Source: an uncultured Alphaproteobacteria bacterium
GTDB lineage: Bacteria > Pseudomonadota > Alphaproteobacteria > Rhizobiales > Aestuariivirgaceae
Length of the DNA stretch: 64,000 bases
Direction: 5' to 3'
Assembly: GCA_963780765.1 (NCBI GenBank)
Contig: CAWADI010000001.1
Coordinates: forward strand, 960-64,959
In this document: piece by piece, positions 58,874 to 64,000 of the stretch
Layout of the letters: each line of letters begins with the position of its first letter
How positions within the stretch are numbered: position 1 is the stretch's first letter
Translations under genes and position numbers: made by a program
Notes under the pieces: generated by a model
Database searches by the model: none
What the model was told of the DNA's origin: nothing
The model's input: only the letters and a program-made list of their open reading frames with translations

Positions 58874-60133
58874 CTATTCGGGCAAGCCGGCAGTCGTCAG
58901 GCCCCGCGTTACGCTGCCCGAGGTGGGCAGCAATGGGATGAGGCAGGCCTGCAGTGCGTGGTAGATGTCGGGCTTGCCGTAGAAGGGCCCGCTCGCCGGC
59001 TGCAGCGCCTCATTCAGCTGCGGCCGGAAACCGCCGTGCTCGCGGTCGAGCAGGTGTGTCGCGACCCAGTTCCAGATACGGCGATACCACTGTTCATGGA
59101 AGGCATCGCCGTCGACGGCGTTGAGCACGGCGGCCGCGCCGATGCCTTCCATGCACGGCCACCAGTAGCGGTCCCGGCGGTGCGGCCTGCCTTCCCAGTC
59201 AAGGGTGTAGTAGAAGCCGCCCTTCTCCGCATCCCAGCCTTCACCGACGGCCTGGCGAAACAGGGCCCGCGAAGCATCCGGCAGCCAGTCCGCCTTCCGG
59301 CCGCCCAATTCCCAAAGCTGCACGAGCAGCCGCGACCACTCCAGCCAGTGGCCCGGCGTCGTTCCGTAGGGGCGAAAAACGTCGCTGCCGGCATATTCGC
59401 GGTCGATCTGCCAATCGGTCATCGAAGTGCTCCGGCAACCTCCAGCCGTTGTTCGCGGCGATGGAGCCGATCAGCAACGTGGCGATGCTTTCGGCCTTGG
59501 CGAGCCAGGCGCGATCGGCGCTTGCCTCGAACGCCGCCATGCAGGCCTCCGCCAGGTGCATGTTCGAGTTCTGGCCGCGATAGCGGCTGAACCGCCGCCA
59601 GTCGCGAGTGAACTCTTCCGCCGCTGCGCCGTGCTCCTGTTCCCAAAAGCGATCCTCGATGACACTGGCGACATCGGCGAACAGCCGGTCGGCGTCCGGA
59701 TGGCCAGCGACCTTGGCGGAAGCTGCGGCGAGCAGCACGAAAGCGTGGCCATAGGCCTGCTTGGCGTCATCGGCGGGCCCCTCGTCACCGGCGGCCCAGA
59801 AGTAGCCGCCGTTGGCGGGGTCGCGGTGGCGGGTCCACAGGTAGTCCATGCCGTGGTCGATCATGGCGTCCGCACCCGGCCGGCCCATCAGTTGGGCGAT
59901 GGCGTAGCAGTGGACCATTCGCGTCGTGGCATGGATTTGGCGGGCTCGCGAGGATTCCGGGTTGAACGTCGGCCGGCAGCGGCCGGCCGGCGTCGTCCAG
60001 ATCGAAGAAGCCGCCGGCAGGATCGATGCTTCGAGCCCTCGAAGAAGTCGAGCAGTTCGTTGGCCCGCGCCAGCAGCCAGGCGCGATGGGTTGGAATCTC
60101 TACCCACTTTCTCACTGAAGAGCCGGCACTCAT
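58874..60133 (-). pseudogene. AGE-family (N-acylglucosamine 2-epimerase-like) isomerase with three frame breaks
   Basis: MSAGSSVRKWVEIPTHRAWLLARANELLDFFEGSKH / IDPAGGFFDLDDAGRPLP / TFNPESSRARQIHATTRMVHCYAIAQ...GWRLPEHFD / TDWQIDREYAGSDVFRPYGTTPGHWLEW... lie in four successive frames. The ATG overlaps the upstream stop (ATGA at 60130-60133). Confidence 0.8.
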
Positions 60134-63100
60134 ATCCGTATCTCGTCGGCCATTTCGCGATAGCGGCACAACGCGTTGGCCAGTTGCATCTGTCGCGGTG
60201 TCCGGCATTCGGGTTCGAAAAGACTCGGCGCTCCCACCAGAACGCATACGCAGCGCGCCCGCGAGGTGGCGACGTTGAGCCGGTTCAGGCTGTACAGGAA
60301 CTCCATGCCGTGCGGCGCTTCGGCCGGTGTCGAAGTCGTCATCGAGTAGATGACCACCGCCGCTTCCTGGCCCTGAAACTTGTCCACCGTGCCGATGCGC
60401 GCACCGGGGAGGCGGCGGCGCAATTCGAATACCTGGGCGTTGTAGGGCGCGATCAGCAGTATGTCGTTGAGACCGATCGCGCGTTCCTCCCCCTTCCCGT
60501 TCACCCATGAGCAACCGCCCGCGACCAGCCCGTTCACAAGCACCTGAACGCGATCGGCCTCCTCGGGAGAGGAACTCTGGTTGCCGTCATGAGTGACCGG
60601 CATATAGCGCAGGCCGCTGCCGCCGATGGGGCCGGAAGAAATGACCCGTTGCTGCTCCAGGCCCGGTTTCGATCTCAACTTGCTTTCGTAGAACAGCTCG
60701 GAAGTGAATTTGCAGATGTCCGGATGCAGACGCCAGGTCTCGTCCAGAAAGAGGCCGCGGTCGGCAGCGATGGTCTTGTGGCCACCCAGGATGTGGTCCA
60801 GGGCGGACACGCCGGCGCCATCGGGATGGCTGCCCTGCATGGGCTGCTCCAGCTGCTGCGGATCGCCGAGCAGCACGAGGCTTTTCGCTGCCGGAGAAAT
60901 CGCCAGCACGTTGGCGAGCGACATCTGCGCCGCCTCGTCGACGAACAACACGTCGAGAGAGCCTCTGGCCTCCGGCCGCGCCCACAGCCAGGCGGTGCCG
61001 GCGCCGACCTGAAAAGAGGAACGCAAGGCAGTCGAAAAGCTCCTCGTTCTCGGTGGTGAGCGTGATGCCCGGCGAGATCTTTCTCCGGCTCCTCCGTCTC
61101 CCTTATCTTCTGGATGCAGGAGACCGGCATGTGCCGCTCGCCGGCGGCCGTGACAACTTCAGCTCAAGCAGATTGCCGATGACCTTGTGGCTGGCGGCGG
61201 TGATGCCGATCTTTGCCCCCTGGGCCACGAGCTCGCAGATCAGCCGCGCTCCGGTGTAGGTCTTGCCGGCGCCGGGCGGGCCCTGCACGGGCAGGACGCC
61301 GCCCTTCGAGAGTCGGCGCGAGCCGCAGCGCCGCTTCAAGCGGCGACTCCCCGGCTCGTGCGCAGCGGATTGCCTCCGACGCGCGGCGGCAGCCGCATCA
61401 GAAGATCGCGCGCTGCCTCGTATTCACCATTGCCGGCAATGCCGTGTTCGGCCACGTGCTCGCCCAGCCCAAAGAGCGATCGGGCAAGCACCTTGGTCTT
61501 GATCGACGTCGTGGGCGAAAACCGCCGCGGGATGAAAGTCGGCGCTGTCTTTCCGTTTCTTTATGTCGACGGTGAGATCCTCGAAAGATATCGCGTTCAC
61601 CGTTCCAAACCGGTCTCCGCCTAGGCATCGCAACTCCTCGCCGCCGCGCAGCTGCGTCTCCTGCGGCGGAAAGCTGTACCGGTGAACGGGCGTCCTCGAA
61701 CGGCAGTCCTCTACCGCCTCAAGGAAGGCGAGGCCGGAAATCGGCGGAACGCTCGTCCAGAAGCTCCTCGGCGGGCAGTTCCTTGAGCCGGAAGTATTCC
61801 CACCATACCGCCTTGTCTTCGCGGCGGTGCCAGTCGAGCACATTGGCGAGCAGCCATCGGGCTTGCTGTTCCGGAACTCGCCCGGCAACATCGGCGGGAA
61901 TGTCAGCGGTCAGGCGCGCGGCAAGCCGGTCGATCTTTTGCTGCCACTCGCCGACAGCTTCGCTCGGAGCGCCTTCAGCGGGTGCAGGCCGCGCAATTAC
62001 CGAGCCGTTGCGGAGCATGCCCTCTCGAATCGATTCCAGCCAGTTCCGTAAGCGAAGGGCCGACGCGCAGTCATCGCGATTGTAGCTTTCAACGACTGCC
62101 TTGTGCTCGCCGGTGATGCTTGCCGGGTCGGCGAGCTCCAGGCAGGCCTGCACCGCGGCCAGCGCCCGGTTGGCTTCCGGCAAGGCGAGCGAGCGCTGAA
62201 ACCCGTAGAAGGCTTCGAGCTCCTTGATCGAGTAGCTCTCGACGCTCGCCCTGATGCCGTGCCGGACGACCGCGTAGAGGTCGACGAACAGCAACGCCCG
62301 CAACATCCGGTCGAGCGCTTCCTCACGCGTCGCATACCGCCCCATCAGGCGCTTGAGGGCGCCCGGCTCATACGGTGCAAAGTGGTAGATGTGAAGGTCG
62401 GGATACTCGAGCTGGCGTGCGGTTACGAAGTCGATGAAGCGCTCGAAGGCGCGCCGCTCCTCGTCGCGCGACAGCGCCCACTCGCCCACATATTCCTGAT
62501 CCCCCGATTTCCCGTAATAGAGATAGCCGAACAGGTATTCGAGGCCGCCCTCGCCCACGAACGGATCGCCCTCGATGTCGAAGAAAATGTCGCCCGGCGA
62601 CGGCTCGGGCAGCCGGGCGAGCCCGTAGCCCGGCTGCGGATCCAGGACCTCGTAGACGGGCCGGCCTGTCGCCCTGCCCGCCACCTGGACGCGGGCCTGC
62701 TCGCGGACGCGAACATACGTCTCGGCGGCGCCGCGGTCGGGTTTCCACGGCAATGGAAGGTTGACCTGGGCGAGCGCGCCGGTGGTCTCCACGCCGCGCC
62801 GGGCAAGCTCGGTGATCTGCAGCCTTGATATACCGGCGACCAGGCAAGGATGATCGTCGGCGCGGCGCCTGGCGTCGCATTGCCACCGCCACCGGCATAT
62901 CTCGCAGTGCTCCTTGGGGTCGGGATAGCCGCCCGCCCCCTGCTCCCCAACCGCCGCCTCCAGGCTCGCGCGCACCAGCCGGTAATAGGCGGCATAGTCA
63001 TGGGTCCGGAACCGTTCGGGCTCGAACTTCGACCAGGGTGCCACCACGTACATATACTCGGGCGCGACCCCCTGAAGCCTCGAGAGCAGGTCGGAATAGA

Positions 63101-63548
63101 GGCACAGCTGGAGGACGGTTCCGCCGCTCGTCTCGCGCGCGAGCTTGGTGTCGATAACCTCGTAGTGCCACCCTCCCAGCCGGCTTTCACCCTCGACGCG
63201 CCGCAAAATATCGGCGCGGCCTACCCAGTGTTCATCGGACAGTGCTCCCTGCACGATGATTTCCGCGCCGGAGCGCATGGCGGCGAGTGTTGCATCGACC
63301 TGCGCCTGATCGATACCGACGCCGCCGATGCGGACGACCTGACGGCCGGCTGCCGCGAGATGCTCGACGTAGCGCTGTTCATGGGCAGCGCCGCGCTGGC
63401 GCAGCACCTGGAGGTTCGGGTCCCAGTTCCTGGGCGCCTTCAACTCGCCGCGCGCCACCGCGGCATCGACGGCCGTGAGATAGCGGCAGCTCAGGTGGCC
63501 GACGAGGTCGGAGGCGCTGAGCAGGGTGATTCCATTGCTGATGCGCAC
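60130..63548 (-). pseudogene. RecB-like nuclease (TM0106-type) + RNase-H-like + SF1 helicase giant gene, broken in its middle third
   Basis: The N-terminal 609 aa are intact (LSASDLVGHLSCRYL...EVIDTKL...EHCEICRWRWQC; FFDIEGDPF). Walker A VQGPPGAGKTY is in ORF 61103..61339. Motifs II-VI (LFVDEAAQ, LLGDPQQL, TVDKFQGQE, NVATSRAR) are in ORF 60130..61026. The 61026-61719 region needs several frame changes. Confidence 0.8.
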
Positions 63549-63679
63549 GCCGCAGATTATGCGTGGCGGATTGGGAGCTGCAATGGCGACAGGCGGCCAG
63601 GGCTATGCGAAGTATCGCAGCCCGGTTGTCGTGCTCTTCAATTTCATGCAGCACCGGTGCTATAGGCAAGCGCAATGGC

Positions 63680-63756
63680 GCGCCGATAGCTCAGATGGAT
63701 AGAGCACCAGACTTCGAATCTGGGGGTCGCGGGTTCAAGTCCTGCTCGGCGCACCA
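63680..63756 (+). tRNA. tRNA-Arg (anticodon UCG), CCA encoded
   Basis: Manual fold: GCGCCGA / GCTC-agatggata-GAGC / CCAGA-CTTCGAA-TCTGG / GCGGG-ttcaagt-CCTGC / TCGGCGC-A-CCA. 77 nt. Confidence 0.93.
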
Positions 63757-64000
63757 AATTTTTCAATAACTTAAGTCAAAAACTGACTAAACAAAATTGG
63801 ATGGAAATAGGTTCAGGGTAACGATGAGGGTAACAGCAGACGAAAAACTTCCCGGCCGATCGAGTGAGTTGAGTCGAATGAAAATCTGGAAACATCTACA
63901 GTATTGAGCGCCGCAAAAGCGGGCGCACCGTCAACGGTTCATCGGCGATATCGAGGTCAAGGCCAAGGCTATCAAGCGCGCCGCCAAGGAAGTTTCCGAG

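Overview
High-GC alphaproteobacterial chromosome segment, probably Rhizobiales or Bradyrhizobium-like; the taxon is inferred from protein signatures only. About 85 features are supported. Region 1-18 kb is a proteostasis and stress cluster. It holds CIRCE-groES-groEL, clpP, clpS, an HflC-like SPFH gene, a Crp/Fnr regulator and an Hsp20. Small conserved ORFs sit between these genes, several as paralog pairs, and there is a low-GC patch with an IS630 remnant. Region 18.5-25.3 kb carries the most interesting module, a co-directional sufE, Mrp/NBP35-DUF971, Nfu/NifU and tandem SagB-type nitroreductase set. Next to it are a MarR regulator with a Cys-rich tail, a small unknown ORF and moaA. The sufE-marR block is bracketed by a short inverted duplication of the mrp 5' end. 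Region 27.3-37.7 kb is accessory DNA. It contains a DUF4102 tyrosine integrase beside a 5'-truncated tRNA-Arg-like fragment, truncated resolvase, GHKL, UvrA-like and AAA15 genes, a DUF1778/GNAT toxin-antitoxin pair, a Fic protein with a degenerate motif and a phased operator array, and an IS110 element. Region 38-63.5 kb is mostly metabolic or housekeeping-like: malic enzyme, DUF1801/DUF1993 proteins, SDR, ALDH, LigD-type NHEJ genes, an ABC transporter, FAH, EamA and an M24 peptidase. It ends in a decayed RecB-like nuclease-helicase gene and an intact tRNA-Arg(UCG). Roughly 30 single-nucleotide frame breaks, mostly behaving as +1 insertions, interrupt otherwise well conserved genes. Whether these are assembly errors or real decay cannot be decided from the sequence alone. 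No rRNA or CRISPR array was seen.
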